DNA of 64,000 nt from an uncultured Actinomycetota bacterium. Lineage in GTDB: Bacteria; Actinomycetota; Actinomycetes; JAFAQI01. Within the stretch, counting starts at the first letter, position 1; the number at the start of each line of letters is the position of its first letter. The stretch covers positions 1,693,427-1,757,426 of the forward strand of contig CAWBLI010000005.1 in NCBI GenBank assembly GCA_963789615.1, written 5' to 3'. Positions 48,899-58,208 of the stretch are shown here, in pieces. Made by a program: the position numbers and the translations under genes. The notes below the pieces were generated by a model, which had not been told where the DNA came from, did not search any database, and saw only the letters and a program-made list of their open reading frames with translations.

Positions 48899-50563
48899 GT
48901 GCAACGAACCCTGGTTCCGGGCCCGGTGCTGCGCCGCGGCACCGTGCGCGCCTACCACGCGCTGGCCGACGGACCCGGCGAGCGGCACGTCGTCCGGGAC
49001 GACCTGGTCGCCGGTTCCGCTCCGGTGACGACCGGCGAGCCGCCGCGACGCCGGTCGTTGCTCGCCTTCGCGCACGCCACCGACCTGCAGCTCGCGGACG
49101 TCCAGTCGCCGGCCCGCTTCGAGTTCTGCAACCGCGACTACGACGACCCTCGCTTCGCGCGGATCGTCCCGATGCATCGGCCGCAGGAGGCGCTGGCCGC
49201 CCGCGCCGTCCACGCGATGGTCGAGACCCTCAACGCGATCACCGAGGCACCGGTCACCGGCGTACCGGTCGAGCTGGTCGTCACGACCGGCGACGCCGTC
49301 GACAACGCGCAGTGGAACGAGATGCGGATGTTCCTCGCGCTCTTCGAGGGCGGCATGGTCCGGCCCGGGTCGGGACGGCCGGGGTACGACGGGGTGCAGT
49401 CGCTGTCGTGGCCCGATCCGGCGTACTGGACCCCGGACGGGGAGCGGGCGGCCGGGCCCGACTGGTATCGCACCCGCTATGGCTTCCCGCACCTGCCCGG
49501 CCTGCTGGACCAGGCCCTCGCCGCCTTCCGCTCCGACGGGCTGCGGCTGCCGTGGCTCGCCTGCTTCGGCAACCACGAGGTGCACGCCCAGGGCATGGCA
49601 CTGCTGACCCCGGCGATCCGGGCGGCGTTCGTCGGGGCGAGCAAGGCCGTCGGCTATCCGGTCGACCTGGAGCGCGACGGGTTGCTCGAGCGGGTCGTGA
49701 ACTCCCCCGAGCTGTTGCTCGCCGGCCCGCACCGGCCGGTCGCCATCGACCCGGAGCGGCGGGCGGTCAGCCGGGTGGAGTTCGTCGAGGGTCACTTCGG
49801 CGCGGCGTCGCGGCCCGAGGGCCACGGCTTCAGTGACGCCAACCGGCGGGACGGTACGGCGTACTACGCCCACGACGTCGGGCCGGTGCGACTGCTGTGC
49901 CTCGACACCACCTGCCGCGCCGGCGGGTCGGACGGCTGCCTCGACGACGACCAGCTGCACTGGTTGGAGCGGCAGCTGCAGGGAGCCCACTCGTCGTACC
50001 TGGCACCGGACGGCACCACGGTCACGACCACCGAGCCGGACCGGCTCGTCGTCGTGTTCTCCCACCACGGCATCGACACGATGACCAACCGGCGCGGCGA
50101 CCATGACGGCCCGGACGGCGTGCCGCTGCACGGTGGACAAGCGGTTCGTGAGCTGCTGCACCGATTCGGCAACGTCGTGCTGTGGCTCAACGGCCACCAG
50201 CACCGCAACCGCGTGCTCGCCCGCGCCGACCTGTCGGGGCGCACGAACGGCTTCTGGGAGGTGACGAGCTCGTCGCTGATGGACTGGCCGAGCCAGGCCC
50301 GGGTCATCGAGCTGGCCGACAACGGCGACGGGACGCTGTCCGTGCTCTGCACGATGGTCGACCACCACGGTGTCGTGCAGCCGGACCCGACCGCGGAGCG
50401 CAGCGGCCGCTGGCTCGCCGGCATGCATCGCGAGCTCGCGGCCAACGAGCCGTACCGCGGCGTCGGCTCCGGTCGCGAGGGCGACGTGACGGACCGCAAC
50501 GTCGACCTGCGACTGACCGCGCCGTTCGGGTTGCAGCAGCTCAGCCAAGATTCCTCGCGATGA
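48899..50563 (+). CDS. TIGR03767-type metallophosphoesterase (intact paralog)
   Basis: 554 aa with AHATDLQLADV, VVTGDAVDNAQ, ACFGNHE, VVFSHHG and LWLNGHQHRN. It is colinear with the frameshifted copy at 15762..17379. Confidence 0.8.
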   Translation: MQRTLVPGPVLRRGTVRAYHALADGPGERHVVRDDLVAGSAPVTTGEPPRRRSLLAFAHATDLQLADVQSPARFEFCNRDYDDPRFARIVPMHRPQEALAARAVHAMVETLNAITEAPVTGVPVELVVTTGDAVDNAQWNEMRMFLALFEGGMVRPGSGRPGYDGVQSLSWPDPAYWTPDGERAAGPDWYRTRYGFPHLPGLLDQALAAFRSDGLRLPWLACFGNHEVHAQGMALLTPAIRAAFVGASKAVGYPVDLERDGLLERVVNSPELLLAGPHRPVAIDPERRAVSRVEFVEGHFGAASRPEGHGFSDANRRDGTAYYAHDVGPVRLLCLDTTCRAGGSDGCLDDDQLHWLERQLQGAHSSYLAPDGTTVTTTEPDRLVVVFSHHGIDTMTNRRGDHDGPDGVPLHGGQAVRELLHRFGNVVLWLNGHQHRNRVLARADLSGRTNGFWEVTSSSLMDWPSQARVIELADNGDGTLSVLCTMVDHHGVVQPDPTAERSGRWLAGMHRELAANEPYRGVGSGREGDVTDRNVDLRLTAPFGLQQLSQDSSR

Positions 50564-51702
50564 GCAACCGCATGATGTCCGACGTACCTTCCTCGATCTC
50601 CTCGAGCTTCGCGTCGCGCATCCACTGCTCGACCGGATGCTCGCGCGAGTAGCCCCAGCCGCCGAGGGTCTGCACCGCAGCCCAGGTGCAGTGCATCGCC
50701 GTCTCCGAGGCGGTGAGCTTGGCCATGGCCGCCAGCGACGTCGCCTCGTTCCCGGCGTCGATGGTCCGCGCGGCGTGCAGCACCAGCAGCCGAGCCGCCT
50801 CGATCCGAGTGGCCATGTCGGCGAGCCGGAACCCGACCGCCTGGTGCTCGACGATCGGCCGGCCGAACTGCTCGCGCGTCCTGGCGTAGTCACGCGCGTA
50901 CTCGAAGGCGGCGCGCGCGACTCCGACCGCAGCGGCACCGAGGACGACCCGGGAGATGTCGAAGGTCTTCATCAGCCCGACGAAGCCCTGACCCTCGCTC
51001 GCCGAGCCGGTCGGCCTCGGGCACCACCACGTCGTCGAAGAAGACCTCGCGGCAGACGATGGCGCGCTGTCCCATCTTGCGCATCGGCGCACCGAACGCC
51101 CAGGCCCGCGCGCGTCCTTGGTGAGCAGGAACGCCGAGACGCCGCGCGAGCGCTGCGCCGGGTCGGTCTTGGCGAACACCACGTAGAACTCGGCGGCGCC
51201 GGCGTTGGAGATCCACGCCTTCTGGCCGTTGAGGACGTAGCCCCGACTCGGTCCGGCGGGCGGTCGTGACGATGGAGGCGGCGTCGGACCCGGATCCCGG
51301 CTCGGTCGTGGCCAGCGCGGTCAGCGGCGGTGTCGGGCCGGTCAGCGGGCGCAGCCATCGCTCCTGCTGCTCCGGGGTTCCGAGCGCGAGCACGGGTCGG
51401 CGAAGAAACCGTTGGAACACAACAGGTTTCCGATGCCCGGGTCACCCCAGCACAGCTCTTCCTGCACCAGGCACTGGGTGAACACGTCGGTGAACCCGCC
51501 ACCGCCGTAGCTCGGCCGGGATCATGAAGTCGGTGATGCCGACGGCGGCCGCCTTCGCGAACAGGTCGACCGGAGTCACGATGTCGGCCTCGTCGACCTC
51601 CCGGCCCCGCGGCCTGACCTCGCGGGCCGCGAAGTCGCGCGCCAGCGCGACGACCGCGCGCTGCTCGTCGGTCAGCGGCCAGGGCTCACTCGCGGTCGGC
51701 AT
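50541..51702 (-). pseudogene. acyl-CoA dehydrogenase, about five frame breaks as assembled
   Basis: The conserved ACAD sequence can only be read by hopping frames at ~51507, ~51395, ~51243, ~51110 and ~50990. The reconstructed reading is MPTASEPWPLTDEQRAVVALARDFA..FMIPAE/YGGGGFTDVFTQCLVQEELCWGDPGIGN../VLALGTPEQQERWL..TEPGSGSD../YVLNGQKAWISNAG../PMRKMGQRAIVCREVFFDDV../QGFVGLMKTFD..GWGYSREHPVEQWMRDAKLEEIEEGTSDI. Confidence 0.8.
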
Positions 51703-53745
51703 CGGTCTCCTCGTTGATGATTCGGGCATCGAGCGCCAACGCCCCGGCCGGTGTGACCAGGAGCGGGTTGATCTCGAGCTCGCCGATATCGCGGGATCCG
51801 CGGTGGCGATATCGCCGACAGCGACGATCAGGCGCGCGGCGGCGTCGAGGTCGACGGGGGTGCGGCCGCGGGCGCCGGTCAGCAGGCCGGCACCGCGCAG
51901 CCGGCTCGAGCATCGCTGATGCCCGCGGCAGGTCGAACGGCGCCAGGTCGACCTGCACGTCGTCGAAGAGCTCGGTGAAGATGCCGCCGATCCCCACCAT
52001 GACCACCGGTCCGAAGTGCGGGTCGCGACGGGCGCCGACGATCGAGCTCGACCCCGTCAGTGGCGTCGGCCAGCACCTCGACGACGCAACCGTCCGGCGC
52101 CAGCAGCGCCACCATCTCGCGGTACGCCGCCACCAGGTCGGTGACCGTCTCGATGCCGAGCCGGACGCCGCCGGCATCGGACTTGTGCAGCAGGCCGTTG
52201 GCCTTAGCACCCAGGGAGCGTGCAGCCGTTGGGCGGCCTGGATGAGGGCGGCCTCGTCGCGGACCAGCCGGGCCGACGGGAACGGCAACGCCCGCGGCCG
52301 CGAGCCGCTGCCTCGCGGTCCAGTAGTCGACTGCCGCTGACGTGGTCCGGGACGTGGAGGGTCGGCGCGACGCGCTGTCGCGGGTGGTGCGAGCCGACCC
52401 AGCCCGACGGTGGCGGACTCGACCCGCCGGAACACCGCGAGGCCGCGGGCCCGCAACCGGTCGGCCATCGGCGACGCGGGGAACATGGTGTGCACCGCGA
52501 CCGGTCGCCCGGTCCGGTGCACGACGTCGGCAAGCTCGGTCGGCGATGTCCAGCTCGGCAGCGGCGAGCTCCGGGCCGTACTCGCCGTACCCACCGAAGT
52601 AGCCGCTGACCAGGAGCGCGTCGACCTCACCGGCGTCGAGCAGGTCGGCCGCCACCCGGGGGATGCAGTGCAGGTCCTGCTCGGCGCCGCCTGCGACGTC
52701 GACCGGGTTGGACGTCGCGGCGTGGGACGGCAGGTGGCCGGCGATCCGCGCCCGCAGCGGGTCGGAGAGCACCGGTACGTCGAGACCGGACCGGTGGGCC
52801 AGCTCGGCAGCGACGGCGGCATGCCCACCACCGTCGGTGAGGACGGCGAGCCGGCGCCCCGCCGGTCGGGCCGGGGCCGCGAGCAATGCCAACAGGTCCG
52901 CGAGCTCGCCGAGGCTGTGGACGCGGTAGGCGCCGGCCACGGCGCACGCGGCGTCGATGACCGCCGACGCCGAGACCATCGAACCGGTGTGAGAAGCCGC
53001 AACCCTCGCCGCTGCGGGGCTCGACCCGGCGGCCAACACGACGACCGGCTTCCCGACCGAGCGGGCCGCCTCGACGAACCGGCGGCCGTCGGTGAACTGC
53101 TCGACAGTAGACGGCGATGACGTCGGTGTCGGCGTGGTCGGCGCACGACTCGATCAGCTCGGGCAGCTCGATGTCCGCCTGGTTGCCCACCGAGACGAAC
53201 CGTGAGAAACCCAACCCGTGCTCGACCAGCAGCCCGGCGAGGTCGAGGGAGAGGTTGCCGCTCTGCGAGAGCAGCGCCACCCGACCGGAGGGCAACGGGT
53301 TGGACGTCAGCCGCAAATCGCTGGCCGCGTCGAAGAGTCCGAGACAGTTCGGGCCGAGCAGCCGCGCACCGGCGGACCGCACCCGCCGCGCCATCTCCTC
53401 CTCGACCCGGCGGCCGCCGTCGCCGGTCTCGGCGAACCCCGCCGCGATCCCGACGACCGCCGCCGCGCCCGCGGCGAGCGCGTCGTCGACCGCCTCCGGC
53501 ACCTGCGGCGCGGGCACGCACAGCGCGACCAGCCCGACCGGACCCGGCACATCCGCGACTGACCGGTAGGAAGCCCGGCCGAGGACGACGTCACGGCTGC
53601 GGTTGACGAGGTACGCCGGCCGGGGCCCGGTGAGCGCCGCGCGGCCGAGCCAGTTGCCCCACTTCCGCTCGTCGTCACTCGCGCCGACGACGACGACCGA
53701 CACCGGGTCGAACAGCGCCGCCAGGGAGTCGACGACGACGGTCAT
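51686..53745 (-). pseudogene. ADP-forming acyl-CoA synthetase (acetate--CoA ligase family; CoA-binding + succinyl-CoA-synthetase-like + ATP-grasp), about eight frame breaks as assembled
   Basis: N-terminus VVVVGASDDERKWGN..LLGPNCLGL..LLSQSGNL..VSVGNQADI. The gene then hops frames at ~53098, ~52545, ~52365, ~52295, ~52205, ~52040, ~51895 and ~51795. This recovers ..VEQFTDGRRFVEAARSVGKPVVVLAAG.., ..VLKANGLLHKSDAGGVRLGI.., ..IVGARRDPHFGPVVMVGIGGIFTE.., ..ELEINPLLV. Confidence 0.8.
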
Positions 53746-54539
53746 CTGCCCTTCCAGTGCGGAGCTCGCCGCTCCGCGAACGCCGCCGGCCCCTCGGCCG
53801 CATCCTCGGAGGCCAGCATCGCGTCGTACCGGGTCAACCGGCCGGAGCGCATGGTGCGGTAGCCGTCGGCCACCGACCCGCCCTCGGTCGCGGCGAGCAC
53901 CTCCAGGACGGCAGCGACCGCGAGCGGTGCGGATCGCACGATCCGGCGGGCGAGGTCGCGGGCCGCGGTCAGCAGGAGGTCGGCGGGGACGACCTGGTTG
54001 ACCAGGCCGAGGTCGAACGCCTCGTCCGCGCCCAGCCGGCGGCCGGTCAGGAGCAGCTCGACGGCCAGCGGGCGCGGCAGCCGTCGCGGCAGCCGAAGGA
54101 CGCCGCCCGCGTCCGGGATGATCCCGAGGCCGGTCTCCGGCAGGCCCACCTCGGCGACGTCGGACATCACGATCAGGTCGGCGGCCAGCGCCAGCTCGAA
54201 GCCGCCGCCGAGCGCCAAGCCGTTGACCGCCGCGATGACGGGCTTGGTCCGGTCGTGCAGCTCGGTGAGCCCGGCGAAGCCACCGGGGCCGTGGTCGGCG
54301 TCGACCTCCTCGCCGGCGGCCGCGGCCTTGAGGTCCCAGCCAGCGCAGAAGAACCGCTCGCCGCCGCCGGTGATGATGCCGACGCGGAGCTCGGGGTCGG
54401 CTTCGAGACGGGCGAAGGCGTCGTACAGCGCGAGGCTGGTCGGGGCGTCGACGGCGTTCGCCTTCGGCCGGTCGAGGGTGATGGTGAGGATCCCGTCGGC
54501 GGCCTCGACCCGCACCGGATCGTTGGTAGTGCTCGACAT
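53742..54539 (-). CDS. enoyl-CoA hydratase/isomerase family protein (CaiD carnitinyl-CoA dehydratase-like)
   Basis: 265 aa from [29 protein letters not shown]. Crotonase motifs FCAGWDLKA and [20 protein letters not shown]. It starts 1 nt after the ACAD stop and its stop overlaps the ACS start. Confidence 0.8.
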   Translation of the reverse strand: MSSTTNDPVRVEAADGILTITLDRPKANAVDAPTSLALYDAFARLEADPELRVGIITGGGERFFCAGWDLKAAAAGEEVDADHGPGGFAGLTELHDRTKPVIAAVNGLALGGGFELALAADLIVMSDVAEVGLPETGLGIIPDAGGVLRLPRRLPRPLAVELLLTGRRLGADEAFDLGLVNQVVPADLLLTAARDLARRIVRSAPLAVAAVLEVLAATEGGSVADGYRTMRSGRLTRYDAMLASEDAAEGPAAFAERRAPHWKGR

Positions 54540-54540
54540 C

Positions 54541-55706
54541 TCAGGCTCCCCGCTCCCGCAGCATCGCCCGCGAGATGATGTGGCGCTGCACCTCGCTGGT
54601 GCCGTCCCAGATCCGCTCGACCCGGGCGTCACGCCAGAACCGCTCGATCGGCAGGTCGCTCATCAACCCCATGCCGCCGTAGATCTGGACCGCGCGGTCG
54701 GTCACCCGGCCCAGCATCTCCGATGCGTAGAGCTTCGCCATCGCAGCGTCGGAGTCGCTCATCCGGCCCTCGGTCAGCTTCCACGCGGCCTGCAGCGTCA
54801 GCAGCTCCGCAGCCTCGATCTCGGTGGCCATGTCGGCGAGCTGGAAGCCGACGCCCTGGAACCGGCCGACCGGCTGCCCGAACTGGTGGCGGCTCGCCGC
54901 CCATTCCGTGCTCAGCTCCATCACCCGTCTCGCGCGGCCGACGCTGAACGCCGCCACGGTCAGCCGGCTGGCACCGAGCCACTCGCTGAGCAGGTCGAAG
55001 CCGCGGCCCTCGTCGCCGAGCAGCGCCGTACCCGGCACCCGGCAGTCGACGAAGGACAGCTCGCAGTGGTGGTAGCCGCGGTGCGAGACCGACGCCGCAC
55101 CGCGGCGCACGGTCAGGCCTGATGTGTCGTGGTCGACGAGGAACGCGGAGATCGCACTTCGCTCCCCACGCGCCGTCTGCTCGGTGCCGGTCACCGCGAA
55201 CAGCACGACGAAGTCGGAGACGTCCGCGTGGCTGATGAAGTGCTTGGTGCCGTTGATGATCCAGCGTCGCCGTCGCCGTCCCGCCGGGCGCTCGTCGTCA
55301 TGGCCCGCACGTCGGAGCCGGCGCCGGGCTCGGTCATCGCGAGGCAGTCGTGCCGCTCGCCGCGGATCGTCGGCAGCAGATAGCGCTCGACCTGCTCGCC
55401 CTGACAGGCCTGCAGGATGTTGCTGGGCCGGGTGACCAGCGCCTGCAACGCGTACGACGTCCACCCCAGCTCCCGCTCGACCAGCGTCAGCGACAGCGCG
55501 TCGAGGCCGCCGCCGCCGAGCTCGGCGGGGAAGTTCGCGGCGTACAGGCCGGCGGCGATCGCCTTGCCTCGGATGTCACGGGCCAGCTCGTCGGGGACCT
55601 CGTCCAGCCGCTCGACCAGGTCCTCGTGCGGCACCAGCTCGCGGCGGACGAAGTCGCGGACGGTCGCGACGATCGCGCGGCGTTCCTCGTCGAGCCCGAA
55701 GTCCAT
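54541..55706 (-). pseudogene. acyl-CoA dehydrogenase, one frame break as assembled
   Basis: MDFGLDEERRAIVATVRDFV..CLAMTEPGAGSDVRAMTTSARRDGDG, then the break at ~55273, then [47 protein letters not shown]. Confidence 0.85.
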
Positions 55707-55717
55707 GACGCTGCCCC

Positions 55718-56200
55718 TCAGCCCACCGGCCGGCGGATGCCCATGACGTGACCGACCGCGTCGGGGCGCGGCAGCGAGGCGTGGGCGTCGCGGATCGCGG
55801 CGATGCGTTCGTAGAGGTCGGTCGGCATCGGGACGACGCGACCGCTCGCCATGTCGACGTGGACGAGCAGCTGCTCGGCGGTCGCGACCGGTTCGCCGGT
55901 GGACTCGTCGCGCACCACGAGGAACAGGTGCAGGCTCTTCGGGCCTAGGTCGAGGACCTGCAGCGTCGAGTCGAGGTGGTCGCCGAGCCCGGACTCCCGC
56001 AGGTGGTGCAGGTGAGTCTCGGCGGTGTAGAGCGAATGACCGGCGGCGCGGTAGTCGTCGTCGATCCCGACGTACCGGAAAAACGCGTCTGCCACGTCGC
56101 CCACCATGACGAGGTAGTTGGCCTCGCTCATGTGGCCGTTGTAGTCGAGCCAGTCGGAGGGCACGACGGTCCGGTAGAGGGCGAGCGGCGCATCGATCAC
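55718..56200 (-). CDS. hotdog-fold thioesterase (betainyl-/carnitinyl-CoA thioesterase-like, CdhB-like)
   Basis: 160 aa with VVPSDWLDYNGHMSEANYLVM..YTAETHLHHLRE. It is a clear paralog of the C-terminal domain of 58205..59645 (VREEWIDYNGHLHDACYAIVL..YTVECHIRFLAE). Confidence 0.75.
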   Translation of the reverse strand: MIDAPLALYRTVVPSDWLDYNGHMSEANYLVMVGDVADAFFRYVGIDDDYRAAGHSLYTAETHLHHLRESGLGDHLDSTLQVLDLGPKSLHLFLVVRDESTGEPVATAEQLLVHVDMASGRVVPMPTDLYERIAAIRDAHASLPRPDAVGHVMGIRRPVG

Positions 56201-56257
56201 GACGCGGCGACCCCCAACCCGGAGCGTCGCTCCCGCGAGATCGGTGCGACGAGTGTT

Positions 56258-56276
56258 CGTATCGTGCGACGATAGG
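56258..56276. promoter_or_regulatory. candidate IclR operator CGTATCG-N5-CGATAGG
   Basis: Imperfect palindrome in the 115-bp divergent region between the thioesterase operon (start 56200) and IclR (56316). Its half-sites resemble those of 23361..23385. Confidence 0.3.
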
Positions 56277-56315
56277 GACGCTCGGCATCACCCGTCAACC
56301 AGACAGGACGGCACC

Positions 56316-57140
56316 GTGAGCACACCCGAGGGCGTCGTCGATCCCGCGGACCCGGCCGCCGACTCACCCACGATCTCGCCCGTCGGCTCGGGCGGCCGGG
56401 TGCAGTCGGTAGAGCGCGCGCTGGCCCTGCTCGACGCTGTCGCGGCGGCCTCACCGCGGGGCGAGACGGTGGCCGAGCTGGCGCTGGTCTGCGGGATCAA
56501 CCGCGCGACCGCCTGGCGGCTGCTCGCCACGCTGGAGGCACACGGCCTGGTCGACCGGGACCCCGGCACCAACCGCTACCAGGTCGGGTACACCGTCGCC
56601 CGGCTGGCCGCGTCCTCCGGCGTCGACGGGCTGGTCCGTCGTACCCATCACGTTCTCGAGCGGGTCTGCAATAAGACCGGTGAGGCGGCCGATCTGGCGG
56701 TCGGCCGACGTACCGAGCTGGTGTACGTCGACGAGGTCGCGCCGCCCGCGGTGCTCACGGTCAACTGGCTCGCTCGCCCGGTGCCGCTGCACGCGACCTC
56801 GACCGGCAAGGCGTGGCTGGCGTGGCTCCCGGCCGCGGAGGTCCTCGGCCTGCTCGGCACCCACCTCGAGGGCTTCACCGACGCGACCGTCACCGACATC
56901 CCGCGGCTGCTCGCCGAGCTCGAGGAGATCCGCGAGCGGGGCTTCGCCGTCTCCGCCGGGGAGCTCGAGACCACGCTGTACGGCGTGTCCGCTCCGGTGC
57001 TGCGGGTTGGCGAGGAGCGACCGCTCGCGGTGTTCAGCATCTGGGGCCCGGTCAACCGGGTGCCCGCCGCCCGATTCGAGGCGCTCGGCGCGGTGGCGAT
57101 CGAGGCCGCCGCGGCGGTCGAGGTGGCGCTGCGCGACTGA
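56316..57140 (+). CDS. IclR family transcriptional regulator
   Basis: GTG at 56316 (AGGA 7 nt upstream). wHTH VQSVERALALLDAVAAASPRGETVAELALVCGINRATAWRLLATLE and an effector domain GFAVSAGELETTLYGVSAPV. Confidence 0.85.
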   Translation: MSTPEGVVDPADPAADSPTISPVGSGGRVQSVERALALLDAVAAASPRGETVAELALVCGINRATAWRLLATLEAHGLVDRDPGTNRYQVGYTVARLAASSGVDGLVRRTHHVLERVCNKTGEAADLAVGRRTELVYVDEVAPPAVLTVNWLARPVPLHATSTGKAWLAWLPAAEVLGLLGTHLEGFTDATVTDIPRLLAELEEIRERGFAVSAGELETTLYGVSAPVLRVGEERPLAVFSIWGPVNRVPAARFEALGAVAIEAAAAVEVALRD

Positions 57141-57268
57141 GCGAGCTGGTACTGCTTGACAACCGGACCCGAGTCCGAGACCGTTTCACATGCTGCAGTG
57201 CACGACTCATTATGTGCGTTCGATGCGCTGTGCATTCATCGTCTGTGTAGTCGACTTCGGAGGTTCCC

Positions 57269-58208
57269 GTGGCGCCAGCCCGCAAGGTCATCATCACGTG
57301 CGCGGTCACCGGGTCCGGTCACACGCCCACGATGTCGCCGCACCTGCCCTACACGGTCGAGGACGTGGTCGGCCAGTCGGTCGCCGCCGTCGCGGCCGGG
57401 CGCGTCGGTGATCCACCTGCACGCCCGTGACCCCAAGGACGGCAGCCCGACCGCCGACCCCGCGGTGTTCCTCGAGTACCTCAAGGCGATCAAGGCCGAG
57501 ACCGACGCCGTGATCAGCATCACGAGCGGCGGCGCCACCGACCAGACGGTGGCCCAGCGGCTGCGGGTGATCTACGAGACCAAGCCCGAGCTGTGCACCC
57601 TCAACCTGGGGACGTTCAACTACGGCAGCTTCCCGATGATCCCGAAGTACGCCGGCCAGTGGAAGTTCGACTGGGAAGAGCCGTATCTCGAGAGCACCCG
57701 TACCGAGCCGTTCGTCAGCACCTTCGCCGACATCGAGCGCATGCTCACCGACGTCGGCCCGGAGACCGGGGCGCGCTTCGAGTACGAGGCCTACGACGTC
57801 GGGCACCTCTACACGCTCGCGTACTACCTCGAGGCCGGGCTCGTGAAGCCGCCGATCTTCCTGCAGACAATCATGGGCGTGATGGGCGGCATCGGCGCCG
57901 AGGTCGACCACCTCTCCCACATGAAGAACACCATCGACAAGCTGTTCGGCGACGCGGTGCAGTGGTCGGTGCTGGGCGCCGGGCGGCACCAGTTCAACAT
58001 GATCACGGTCTCGGCCGTGATGGGCTCGCACGTGCGGGTCGGGCTCGAGGACGGGCTGTTCATCGGCAAGGGCCAGCTGGCGTCGTCGAACGCCGAGCAG
58101 GTCGAGAAGATCACGCGGATCCTCGGCGAGCTCTCGTTGGATATCGCCACACCGGCCGACACCCGCGAGATCCTCGGCCTCAAGGGCATCGACCAGGTCG
58201 GTTGGTGA
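57269..58208 (+). pseudogene. beta-keto acid cleavage enzyme (BKACE/DUF849; dehydrocarnitine cleavage enzyme CdhC-like), one frame break as assembled
   Basis: GTG 57269 with RBS GGAGG 5 nt upstream. VAPARKVIITCAVTGSGHTPTMSPHLPYT..AAG, then the break at ~57399, then ASVIHLHARDPKDGSPT..ISITSGG..GRHQF..HVRVGLEDG (ORF 57156..58208). Confidence 0.8.

Noticed and set aside
57156-57250. TTGACA hexamer (57156-57161) and an AT-rich stretch upstream of the BKACE gene as a sigma-70-type promoter or riboswitch
   Set aside because: No convincing -10 (TANNNT) lies at 16-18 nt spacing, and I could not recognise a conserved riboswitch fold. I leave it as an unassigned regulatory region.
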